Shown: positions 37,906 through 46,500 of the stretch, in pieces
How the letters are laid out: every line of letters starts with the position of its first letter
Numbering within the stretch: the first letter of the stretch is position 1
NCBI GenBank assembly: GCA_964647565.1
Contig: CAZYIM010000009.1
Location: forward strand, 1-64,000
Length of the DNA: 64,000 nt
Source: an uncultured Methanosarcinales archaeon
GTDB taxonomy: Archaea > Nanobdellota > Nanobdellia > Woesearchaeales > CAZYIM01
Reading direction: 5' to 3'
Program-made: the position numbers and the translations under genes
The notes under the pieces: generated by a model
What the model saw: the letters and a program-made list of their open reading frames with translations, nothing else
What the model was told of the DNA's origin: nothing
The model's database searches: none

Positions 37906-38484
37906 TTAATCAGCTAGATACTTAGAAAGCGTCCTAATAAAATTTCCAAAACCTCTAAGACCCAGCATCAAGGCATGAAACATCCCATCTTCTACTCTGT
38001 CGACTGCCTGGTTTATCCTATCATATTTTTCCCCGCTTATCTCAAATGAGTAGTTACCGTTATAGTCATCATATTTTATCAGTCTCAGCTCATCCTTGTT
38101 TAAGACTTGAGGATTCTTTCTGTCTTTAAGGTATTTGCCGTACATCCTCAGATTAACGCATAAGGTATCTGCAGAATCCAGTTCACTCACTATCAATCTC
38201 TTCGGTCCAACCACAGTATGATCCTGTTCATAGGCCCAGCATTTGTCAGCAAGAACTTCGACTTGTTTTGCCAGATCAAGCATATAGCCTGAATTGATCA
38301 TCTTATCATCTGTCATCATCACAATCTTATCATTGAGAGGATTAGTTTTAGGCTGTCGCATATAGGTTACGACTACCTTTGCTTCATGCTTGAGGTGTGC
38401 TAGTTGATTCTGTGCTTCTCTGTAATCATCTATTGTCCTGATTACTTTTTCCAGAGAAACCTGTTTTGATTTTTTGAATAACAT
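37906..38484 (-). CDS. hypothetical protein
   Basis: 192 aa ORF with an upstream TATA-like element. Confidence 0.65.
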   Translation of the reverse strand: MLFKKSKQVSLEKVIRTIDDYREAQNQLAHLKHEAKVVVTYMRQPKTNPLNDKIVMMTDDKMINSGYMLDLAKQVEVLADKCWAYEQDHTVVGPKRLIVSELDSADTLCVNLRMYGKYLKDRKNPQVLNKDELRLIKYDDYNGNYSFEISGEKYDRINQAVDRVEDGMFHALMLGLRGFGNFIRTLSKYLAD

Positions 38485-38592
38485 AGTCTTCTGAACTTGT
38501 TAGTTAATATGATAGAAAAAATGTAGCTTATCACTTATAAATGTTTTGTTTTTTACCACTAAAAAGTAATTAAAATTAACTGATAAAACATA

Positions 38593-38677
38593 AGCCCTCG
38601 ATGGGAGTTGCACCCATGACCTGCTGCTCACCCGCAAAGTTACGAGGCAGCCGCTCTAGCTACTGAGCTACGAGGGC
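38593..38677 (-). tRNA. tRNA-Thr(CGT) with a 12-nt canonical 37/38 intron (38629-38640); CCA not encoded
   Basis: GCCCTCG/CGAGGGC acceptor stem, GCTC/GAGC D stem, GCTGC/GCAGC anticodon stem, ATGGG/CCCAT T stem; bulge-helix-bulge motif. Confidence 0.93.
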
Positions 38678-38695
38678 AGAAGTAAACAGCCAGAA

Positions 38696-38848
38696 CTAGA
38701 GTTTCTCCTTGATCTCTCTCATCGTGTGCTTCTTCTGGCACGCACTACAGACAGGTTGCCGTTTGCTCTTCTTATCCTTGACATAAGAGCCCACAATCTT
38801 CTTCAAAAAGGTCTCTTCTATCTTCTTACCGCAGAGTTTGCACTTCAT
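38696..38848 (-). CDS. 50-aa Zn-finger protein (not in the ORF track)
   Basis: MKCKLCGKKIEETFLKKIVGSYVKDKKSKRQPVCSACQKK..., two CxxC pairs. Confidence 0.75.
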   Translation of the reverse strand: MKCKLCGKKIEETFLKKIVGSYVKDKKSKRQPVCSACQKKHTMREIKEKL

Positions 38849-38900
38849 GCACACTAAAGAACAAGAATTGATTTAAAAGATTTGTGATTAAAAAGAAAGA

Positions 38901-39752
38901 TTAATAAATTACATGCAACTTGGTTTCTTTTTTATGATATTTTTTTGAAATGAACGATATTTGAGGAGGATTAAACTTGGTATTTTTCCATTGCGTACCA
39001 CGAACCTCCGCCATATAATACTTCTTTTCACCACGTTCTCTGTACCAACCATCAAAATTGCCAGTAAGACCCACCATCATGTCATATGTTTTAACGCTGT
39101 CTGCAGATAACTGTGCTATCTCAATAAGACCAACATCAAAACCAGCACCTTTTAGGAGCGAAGCTGCAAGAATAGAGAGATCTTTTCGGTCACCACCACC
39201 CTCAACAAGAGTCTCGATCGGATATTTCAGGTAGTTATTATTACATAAATAGCGATCATTAAGATGCTGATTAACAAAATCCATTATCAACTGGGCCTTT
39301 TTTTCTTCATTATCCTGATTTTGGGTTATGGTCTTAACAACTTCCTGCACTGTTGGATGTTGAGGGGTTATAAATTGCATAATTTCCTTGATATTTTTAG
39401 GATTATGGCTTTTCTGCTTATAAGGCAAAAAATGAGAAATATTAGTATAAAATTTCCACGAGTTGCCTCCAAAATTTGGCACATATATTATGATATTAGA
39501 TTCTTCAGGCATAGCTTTCGAATCAATAGAAACTGCTGTCTCAATATAATAAGGTTTACCTACAACAACAAGATTTTCTTTTGGTTCTGGAATCGAAGGT
39601 ACTTTATCTCTCAAGCAGAAACCGAGCTCAGACTCAAGAACTCGTATTTTAGGCACATAATGGTTTTTGGTAAGTTTATGAGCTACACCTAAACCTAATG
39701 CCAAGGTTACAATTGGTGCGGCGATTAAGCCTATTTTAAATATACGTCTCAT
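38901..39752 (-). CDS. membrane-anchored transglutaminase-like protein, probably inactive
   Basis: YLKYPIETLVEGGGDRKDLSILAASLL matches the family motif, with Arg at the catalytic Cys position. Confidence 0.7.
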   Translation of the reverse strand: MRRIFKIGLIAAPIVTLALGLGVAHKLTKNHYVPKIRVLESELGFCLRDKVPSIPEPKENLVVVGKPYYIETAVSIDSKAMPEESNIIIYVPNFGGNSWKFYTNISHFLPYKQKSHNPKNIKEIMQFITPQHPTVQEVVKTITQNQDNEEKKAQLIMDFVNQHLNDRYLCNNNYLKYPIETLVEGGGDRKDLSILAASLLKGAGFDVGLIEIAQLSADSVKTYDMMVGLTGNFDGWYRERGEKKYYMAEVRGTQWKNTKFNPPQISFISKKYHKKETKLHVIY

Positions 39753-39812
39753 ACCTCATCAGAGAAGCCACTCTATTTTAAAAATATTTCTATATTTTTC
39801 ACTTTAAAGTGG

Positions 39813-40406
39813 TTAAAATACATATTGGACAAACATCAGAATAAGCGTAATGCCCAACAGCACCCCATAGACAGGTTTGCTCCAGTCCAGAATCTTCTTA
39901 CCGTCAAACCAGCCAAAAGGTATCATATTGAACAAGGCCAGCCAGACATTGATCATGAAGCCATACTGAGCGATCAAGATCAGCAGCTCTACCTGAGATA
40001 ATACTGCAAAGACAGCAAAAGGAATGAACAATAAAGCAAAAACTACATTTGAAAGAGGTCCGGCCAAAGATATCAAGCCTCTCTGCTTTTTATTGACATG
40101 CCCCTGGATCATCACAGCACCAGGAGCTGCAAACACAAAGCCAAAAAAACTCATTATCAAAGCCAGCCAAAGCATCCGCTGGTTAGCTCGAAACTCCGCC
40201 CAGCAATGATATTTCTGGGCCATGAACTTATGAGCCATCTCATGCACCAAGAAACCTAATCCCACTCCCACAGCCGCAACAACCAGAGCATAAGGGATTG
40301 CAACTCCGCTCCTGGCCAAAACAATACCAAATGCTAAGCTGATAAACAACCACGCCTTAAGCAAATCACGCTTTTCAATCTCTGAGAATTTCATAGAAAA
40401 CAGCAA
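39813..40406 (-). CDS. M50 (site-2) zinc metalloprotease
   Basis: HEMAH, AGPLSN and NMIPFGWFDG motifs; multiple TM segments. Confidence 0.9.
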   Translation of the reverse strand: MLFSMKFSEIEKRDLLKAWLFISLAFGIVLARSGVAIPYALVVAAVGVGLGFLVHEMAHKFMAQKYHCWAEFRANQRMLWLALIMSFFGFVFAAPGAVMIQGHVNKKQRGLISLAGPLSNVVFALLFIPFAVFAVLSQVELLILIAQYGFMINVWLALFNMIPFGWFDGKKILDWSKPVYGVLLGITLILMFVQYVF

Positions 40407-40540
40407 ATCAGGATATGTTTAAAAAGTTAGCCATTTCTTTTTAACAAAAAAGCAAATTATATAATAAAACCCCTATGGAGGGTATCATTGAAAACTATTT
40501 CTATAAGCGTTTTTTAAACCAGATCAGCCCTAAAAATCCC

Positions 40541-41071
40541 CTATATCTTCTCTTTGTTCACACCTAAAACATATCCAAGATAATGAAAGAGCAAACTTAA
40601 CAAGGTGCTAATTACAAAAAGCATCAAGATTATTTCCCAAGAAGGAATAAAGATAAGAAATGAAAGCAAAAGTGCACCTATTATGAAATCAATTTGATCA
40701 AATGGAAACCATGTATGACTCGAATCTCGTCCACTCTGTCGTTTGAAGAAAGATTCTACTATATCACCAAATAATGCTCCAAAACTCAATAAAAAACCTA
40801 ACCAGAACGTGGTTTGAGGATAGTTAACAAGACTTATAGAACGAAACCATTCGATAGAATAAAGTTGTATCTGGATAAAGAATATCAACATTCCACAAAA
40901 AGTGCCAAGAACCAAGCCTCTCCAAGTCTTGCTCTTACCAAACATCCTTTTGCCTCTAAAGGTTTTGTTAAAATCAATGGGATATTTAAGTAATCTTAAC
41001 TTCTTGAACAATGGAGGAGTCATGTTGGCTATCAAAGCAGGAAGAAAGTAGTATAGGGCTTGCAGTATCAT
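40541..41071 (-). CDS. carS: CDP-archaeol synthase
   Basis: PALIANMTPP...PID...GKSKTWRG...GDIVESFFKR...DQIDF. Confidence 0.88.
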   Translation of the reverse strand: MILQALYYFLPALIANMTPPLFKKLRLLKYPIDFNKTFRGKRMFGKSKTWRGLVLGTFCGMLIFFIQIQLYSIEWFRSISLVNYPQTTFWLGFLLSFGALFGDIVESFFKRQSGRDSSHTWFPFDQIDFIIGALLLSFLIFIPSWEIILMLFVISTLLSLLFHYLGYVLGVNKEKI

Positions 41072-41565
41072 CTTATCACCTTCGGAATCCTGAATCTACA
41101 GATCATGAGTATTGAAGAAAGAAGTGTTAGTATTATTACAACCACACTACCGACATTTAAAAAATACAAGATAGGGAATATGATTCCATTCATAGTGATA
41201 GGCATACCTTGAAAACCCTTTATCTTTGACTTGTTCACATTATATCTGGCTAGTCTGAACGTTCCTGCCACAACCAATAATACAAAAGCAGCACCTGCTA
41301 ACCAACTCTTGAAAAAGGAAAACATAAGGACTCCGGGTGCAATACCAAAAGAAACTAGATCTGCAAGAGAGTCGAGCATTTCCCCCATCTTAGATTCAGC
41401 ATTAAACATCCTTGCTAACTTACCATCCAGATAGTCAAATCCTACTGCCACCAATATCAGTGTAGATGCAAGAGTAAAATCTCCATTGATAGAAAAGAGG
41501 ATGGACACAAAACCAATAGCCAGATGGATTAGAGTAACAGCATTCGGAATATTCTTTCTTATCAT
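41068..41565 (-). CDS. pssA: CDP-alcohol phosphatidyltransferase (archaetidyl/phosphatidylserine synthase)
   Basis: DYLDGKLAR...GEMLDSLADLVSFG signature; RLARYN. Confidence 0.88.
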   Translation of the reverse strand: MIRKNIPNAVTLIHLAIGFVSILFSINGDFTLASTLILVAVGFDYLDGKLARMFNAESKMGEMLDSLADLVSFGIAPGVLMFSFFKSWLAGAAFVLLVVAGTFRLARYNVNKSKIKGFQGMPITMNGIIFPILYFLNVGSVVVIILTLLSSILMICRFRIPKVIR

Positions 41566-42185
41566 TTTGTTGCTATGATAGTCTGTCCTGCAAGGACTTT
41601 CTGACCTTCCTTAACCAATATTTTAACTTTATCAGGCAATATCAACGTTGCCTGACTGCCCAGAGTTATCATGCCAATTTTTTGTCCTCTTTTAATCGAG
41701 TCGCCAACATTTAAATGATTTTTTATTCTCCTTGCCAAAAAGCCTGCAATCTGAAGAACTTTCACTTTCAGTTTTTTACCCTCAATCAAAGTTTCGACAT
41801 GCTCATTCTCAAGCAATGCATTCCCAGTCATAGCCATGCCAAACCTGCCTTTCTTATGCTTAACGTGTTTAATAACACCAGATATAGGCGATCTATTAAC
41901 ATGGACATTGAAAGGACTCATGAAGATGGAAATAATATAGCCTTTGCTGGAAACTTCTTTTGTCAGAGAATGTATCTTACCTAAACCTTTGCGGACGACT
42001 ATATCTTCTTGGTTAAATCGCTGGATCAAGATGACCTTGCCGTCTGCAGGACTAACAAGGTTATCACCTGGAGGAATGGCCCTATTAGGATCCCTTAGAA
42101 AGATGAATTTGTAGAAAACAATTGCTAAGACCAACAATAAAAAAATAACATAAATTACTATCATGATCAAAATAATCCTCCTCAT
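41562..42185 (-). CDS. psd: phosphatidyl/archaetidylserine decarboxylase proenzyme
   Basis: FLRDP, SPADG, IFMSPFNVHVNRSP and the LGS autocleavage site. Confidence 0.9.
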   Translation of the reverse strand: MRRIILIMIVIYVIFLLLVLAIVFYKFIFLRDPNRAIPPGDNLVSPADGKVILIQRFNQEDIVVRKGLGKIHSLTKEVSSKGYIISIFMSPFNVHVNRSPISGVIKHVKHKKGRFGMAMTGNALLENEHVETLIEGKKLKVKVLQIAGFLARRIKNHLNVGDSIKRGQKIGMITLGSQATLILPDKVKILVKEGQKVLAGQTIIATK

Positions 42186-42222
42186 GACTTAAAAAATTAT
42201 GAATTTAAAAATTTATCCCTTA

Positions 42223-42501
42223 TTATCGGTTATGTGTAGAATGGGGTTTTGGATGCTTCATCTCTTTCTTCTCAGAATTCCCAGTTCGCATGACAGATTT
42301 GCCACCAATATTACCATGTTCTGCGAAACCAATGATCATAAGTTCTTTGTTCTTGACAATACCATAATGAACGGGCTGATGGCAATATTGGCATTCAGTA
42401 AGTTTAGGCAGGGTAATACTCCTTCTGATATCATACTCAGGATGTTTGCATTTTTTCGCATCTTTGGGATGATCATGAACAACATGATAAGTTATTGCCA
42501 T
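42223..42501 (-). CDS. small Cys/His-containing hypothetical protein
   Basis: 92 aa ORF in the orientation of its neighbours; CQYC motif. Confidence 0.5.
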   Translation of the reverse strand: MAITYHVVHDHPKDAKKCKHPEYDIRRSITLPKLTECQYCHQPVHYGIVKNKELMIIGFAEHGNIGGKSVMRTGNSEKKEMKHPKPHSTHNR

Positions 42502-42547
42502 ATAAATCTCTTAGAATTGCTATTTAATATATTTTTCTATTTTCTAT

Positions 42548-43285
42548 TCACCAATCGCCCAAAGTCTTTTGGTCTTTTTTGTATCTTTCTAGATGTTTGG
42601 GCGGATCAACTTTTTTCCACTCAAAACCCCACTTCTTGAGCATCTCGAATGCATTTGAACTTATATCAGGAGATGCAAGCACACCTTGGACTTTATCAGT
42701 GCCTTTAAGCTCCTTGATCTTCTCAACATATCTCCTCAATTGGGAAACGCATTTCAGACTACCAACATAACGCTTGCATTCAACAATAACCAGGTTACCC
42801 TTGCCGTCATGGCCAAAAACATCGATAAATCCAAACTTGGTATGCTCCTCTCTGCTTACTGGCTTAAAATCTTTTGAGATCAGCGCAGGATTTTCCTTGA
42901 TCATGTCAGACATCTGCTTTTCATTGCCTGCCAGCTCAAGCTTCTGGCCGTCTTCAAGCACATGAGTAATGCAGTCATAGATTCTGTATATCTCGATATT
43001 CATGAATTCTTTGAGATCCAGGTTCTTGGCCTTTAGAAGAAGATGGCTTTCAATTCTTTCAAGCTCATAGGCAGTGCCAGGTTTCATATAATTAACAGGG
43101 TTGTTAGATTCTGGTTGGTGTATCAGCAATGTATTGTCTGCTTTTATGATAAGTATCCTATCACCTCTGCTAAGGTGGGATTGAGCCCTGCCATCATAAT
43201 CTATCTCACATTGGCAAAAGAAAGTGATGCATGCATTCTTTCGAAGAGCATCATAAAACCTGTCAATGAACTCCACCAACTCCAT
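42548..43285 (-). CDS. nucS: endonuclease NucS/EndoMS
   Basis: CEIDYDGRAQS, PVNYM, IDVFG...VIVECKR...QLRRY; PIP-like tail QKTLGDW. Confidence 0.92.
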   Translation of the reverse strand: MELVEFIDRFYDALRKNACITFFCQCEIDYDGRAQSHLSRGDRILIIKADNTLLIHQPESNNPVNYMKPGTAYELERIESHLLLKAKNLDLKEFMNIEIYRIYDCITHVLEDGQKLELAGNEKQMSDMIKENPALISKDFKPVSREEHTKFGFIDVFGHDGKGNLVIVECKRYVGSLKCVSQLRRYVEKIKELKGTDKVQGVLASPDISSNAFEMLKKWGFEWKKVDPPKHLERYKKDQKTLGDW

Positions 43286-43333
43286 GAGAAGGAGAAAATA
43301 AATATTAATATAAAAAGGTTGTTAAAAAAAAGA

Positions 43334-43678
43334 TTAACTTCTTTTATATCCAAACAGCTTATTATAATCTTTATGATTTAAAATCCTTATAATAAAAACA
43401 AAGATGATAATTCGATCTCCTTCTATTGTATATAACAGCCTCCAATAATTAGACAGCTTCACTCGATAAAGATTTTGAATGCCTAAATTCAACAAATCTT
43501 CAGGAATCAATCTCCTTGTCAGGGGATTGCCGTATTGAGGATTCTCTTGGAGAATATTTTTCATTCTTTTTAAGGAGTTTAATATTATTCCTGCTTCTTT
43601 GTCTTTTCGATTTTTCAAATTCAGATAGCATTCTTTTGCCTGGCCTTTAAGAAAAATCTTAACTTTTTTTCCAAACAT
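43334..43678 (-). CDS. RelE/ParE-like toxin
   Basis: NPQYG...NLYRVKLSNYWRLLYTI...ILNHKDYNKLFGY. Confidence 0.7.
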   Translation of the reverse strand: MFGKKVKIFLKGQAKECYLNLKNRKDKEAGIILNSLKRMKNILQENPQYGNPLTRRLIPEDLLNLGIQNLYRVKLSNYWRLLYTIEGDRIIIFVFIIRILNHKDYNKLFGYKRS

Positions 43679-43739
43679 AGATCAAACCGAATTAAGACAG
43701 AATATAAAGATTAACAAAGAAAAACTGAAAATTCTCCGA

Positions 43740-44003
43740 TTAAATTTCAAGACTGTCTTTCAGCATCTGCTTTAGATGCTCTGGCTCAACATATATCCAC
43801 TGAATCCCTTTTGGGCCATAAAGTATTTTACCGCTTCTGAAGAGATATTCTAGTGTGATCTTTAATGTCTGATGCATTACTTGCTTAGGTAATTTCTGCT
43901 TCAGTTCAGTAAATTTAATTGGCAGACTTCTATTTTTCTTAAGAAAGTCTTCTACCATTATTATTGTATGAAGGTTGGGATATCTTAATTTTGTTTTTTG
44001 CAT
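43740..44003 (-). CDS. small winged-helix DNA-binding protein, putative antitoxin/regulator
   Basis: PNLHTIIMVE...LPKQVMHQTLKITLEYL..SGKI; upstream of the RelE-like gene. Confidence 0.6.
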   Translation of the reverse strand: MQKTKLRYPNLHTIIMVEDFLKKNRSLPIKFTELKQKLPKQVMHQTLKITLEYLFRSGKILYGPKGIQWIYVEPEHLKQMLKDSLEI

Positions 44004-44013
44004 CTTAACAAAA

Positions 44014-44048
44014 GTATCAATTGATACCTAATTAATATCAATTGATAT
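44014..44048. promoter_or_regulatory. tandem palindromic operators
   Basis: GTATCAATTGATAC (44014-44027) and ATATCAATTGATAT (44035-44048), next to a minus-strand TATA. Confidence 0.7.
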
Positions 44049-44062
44049 ATAAAGTTTTCGCT

Positions 44063-45280
44063 TCAGAATTCAAACAGCTTCTTTTGGCTTTTCATGTTAT
44101 GTAATAATTTGCTTTTCCTGAATAATACATTCAGGTCAAAACCAAATTTCTTGTTGATCAGCTTCTCGCTATATTTCAACATCAATTCTTTAGAAGAAAA
44201 GGAAATAGGCTTTTCCTGCATGGTTTTTCTTACAGCCTCCCTTACAACCCAAACCCCCAGCGGAGCCCAATACTCGTCGGTTACAAACCGCAAAGCAAGA
44301 ACAGAAGCTTGCTTCCTTTTAGATTTCAGATGCTCCAGCATAGAGATCCTCGCAGCATAATAGCCCCCCTGCGTATTGAAGGCATACTGTTTCCTGCCAG
44401 CATAGCCTTCATAATCAGAGACCGTAGCTATCTTATCAGGATTGTATATGGTCTTTGGCATGTAGGTCTCAAAAAGCTCGTAGCTCCAGACTTCTGGAAA
44501 GAACAGAATCAAGTAGTAGTTGCCAAGATGACCTCCAAATAAAGCAGCATACTCCATTGAATTATAATCCTTTATCTCTTTTATCAGGCTCTTGCCAACA
44601 GTATCATCCACAGCTGTTATACTCCACCTGGTAGGCACCAGTTTTCGCTGAGTCTTAACGCCCAAATTACCAACACTCAATATCTTAGACAGGTAATGCA
44701 CATCAAATCCTTTGCCAAAGAGTTGGTTCATGGCAGGTCCTGCCTTAAAGTCTGTATCTGATACCACCTTGTCGACAGCACGAGGTATCTTGGGATTCTC
44801 TGTGATCTTCATCTGCTTTAATTTCACAGAAGGGCCGTGCGGCATCACATCCTGCACAAAGCTAATCTTGAACTCAGGCTTTTTATTCAGGTTCATTTCA
44901 ACATCAACAGGCTTCTTGGCCATACTTATCTCCTGGCCGGCCTCTATGAACCGCTCCTTAAAGGACTTAATATGCACTTTAAAGTTAGAGTTTATCAATG
45001 AAGTCCTGAAATCAACTACCTTTGAGATCGAATAGTTCTTTTTGGACCATAATGCAGGATTATCATATTCCTCATTCACACCCTCATTAGATAGAATACC
45101 CACATTGATGTCAGGATAGCCGAACCTGCCTACAAATACAGAGGGGCTTGCGCCAAAAAAGTCCTGTTTTCCCTCTATATTTATCTTTTTCTGACTGGAT
45201 ATCTTGGCAAGTATGGGACAGAATTTTCTGCCGCAGAGGGAAGGATCCTTACCCTTGCAGCTTATGCATTTGCTTTGCAT
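44063..45280 (-). CDS. nreA: archaeal DNA repair protein Nre
   Basis: N-terminal CxxCKG...LCG...CP, PSVFVGRFGYP, LVPTRWSITAVD, PLGVWVVRE; C-terminal PIP box QKKLFEF. Confidence 0.92.
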   Translation of the reverse strand: MQSKCISCKGKDPSLCGRKFCPILAKISSQKKINIEGKQDFFGASPSVFVGRFGYPDINVGILSNEGVNEEYDNPALWSKKNYSISKVVDFRTSLINSNFKVHIKSFKERFIEAGQEISMAKKPVDVEMNLNKKPEFKISFVQDVMPHGPSVKLKQMKITENPKIPRAVDKVVSDTDFKAGPAMNQLFGKGFDVHYLSKILSVGNLGVKTQRKLVPTRWSITAVDDTVGKSLIKEIKDYNSMEYAALFGGHLGNYYLILFFPEVWSYELFETYMPKTIYNPDKIATVSDYEGYAGRKQYAFNTQGGYYAARISMLEHLKSKRKQASVLALRFVTDEYWAPLGVWVVREAVRKTMQEKPISFSSKELMLKYSEKLINKKFGFDLNVLFRKSKLLHNMKSQKKLFEF

Positions 45281-45451
45281 TGTTATAAGAATTGGAGGAT
45301 GTTAAAATAATTTTTCTTTTGGTAAGAACCTAGCTTTTTAAAATAATAAATATATTTCTTTAAATAAAAATATATATTCTACACAATCAATATATTTTTC
45401 CGAAAAGTTTATATATGGATGCGGCTTCCCGTCACAAATCGGTGACAAATC

Positions 45452-46441
45452 ATGAGAAGAAAAGTCATAAAACAGGGCCATAACACTTTAACTGTCACTC
45501 TCCCACACAAATGGGTGAAGGATCAGAACATTCAAGCAGGAGATGAGATAGATTTCGAACAGAAAGACACAGCCATTCTTCTTAGCACAGAAAAAAAGAC
45601 GCCTCATAGAAATACAGTTCTCGATGTAAGAGGATCAAGCATCCCTGTATTATGGAGATACATCATATCTGCATACAGAGCAGGTTATGACGAGATAACC
45701 ATCAAGTTCGACCCTCCAAAAAAGAACGGCAAGAACATATACACAGGTTTTGGTTATCAAACCCTGGAATGGCTCTTTCCAGAAGGAATTCTTCAATTGA
45801 GCCCAATGGAAGCAGTCCAGGCTCTTGTAAACAGATTAGTTGGTGTTGAGATAATCGACCAAAAAGAGGACTATTGCATCATAAAAGAGATGGGCGAGAC
45901 CATGTTCAAGGAATTCGACAGTTCCCTAAGAAGGATATTTTTAATACTGCTCTCAATGGGTGATGAGATATACAATTGTTACAAGACAGATACCAAACAA
46001 CCCCTAAAATCAATTCATCTGGTAGACACCAATCTTGACCGATTTGAAGACTTTTGTCTCAGAGTATTGAACAAAAAAGGGTATTCTGATTTTAAGAAGA
46101 CCACAACCATTTACAACACGATCTTCCTGTTAGAGATGATCGGCGATGAATATAAAAAGATTGCACTGCATGTGCTCGACATGAAATCTAAGCCTAACCC
46201 ACACCTAGTTAAGGAGTTTGAGATCTTCAAGGAACAGGTGCCAAGATACTATAAATTCTTCTATAAGTTCTCAAAGGAGAAGGCAGAAGAGATCTACAAG
46301 ATGAATGAAGAGGCTATCATATTTCTCAAGGAAAACTACTCTACCTTTTCAGATACAGAAAAAGAAATAATACACCATATCAAGAAGATTGGCACATATA
46401 TCATCAGTTTGACAGAGTTGAGAATAGATTTGGAAATATAA
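45452..46441 (+). CDS. AbrB-PhoU phosphate uptake regulator family protein
   Basis: RRKVIKQGHNTLTVTLPHKW AbrB domain; ISAYRAGYD; LEMIGDE PhoU-like motif. Confidence 0.85.
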   Translation: MRRKVIKQGHNTLTVTLPHKWVKDQNIQAGDEIDFEQKDTAILLSTEKKTPHRNTVLDVRGSSIPVLWRYIISAYRAGYDEITIKFDPPKKNGKNIYTGFGYQTLEWLFPEGILQLSPMEAVQALVNRLVGVEIIDQKEDYCIIKEMGETMFKEFDSSLRRIFLILLSMGDEIYNCYKTDTKQPLKSIHLVDTNLDRFEDFCLRVLNKKGYSDFKKTTTIYNTIFLLEMIGDEYKKIALHVLDMKSKPNPHLVKEFEIFKEQVPRYYKFFYKFSKEKAEEIYKMNEEAIIFLKENYSTFSDTEKEIIHHIKKIGTYIISLTELRIDLEI

Positions 46442-46500
46442 CCCCTTCTCACGAAGTTAAAATTGTCGTGATAATTGATGAACCGGTGAATTCAAATCAA

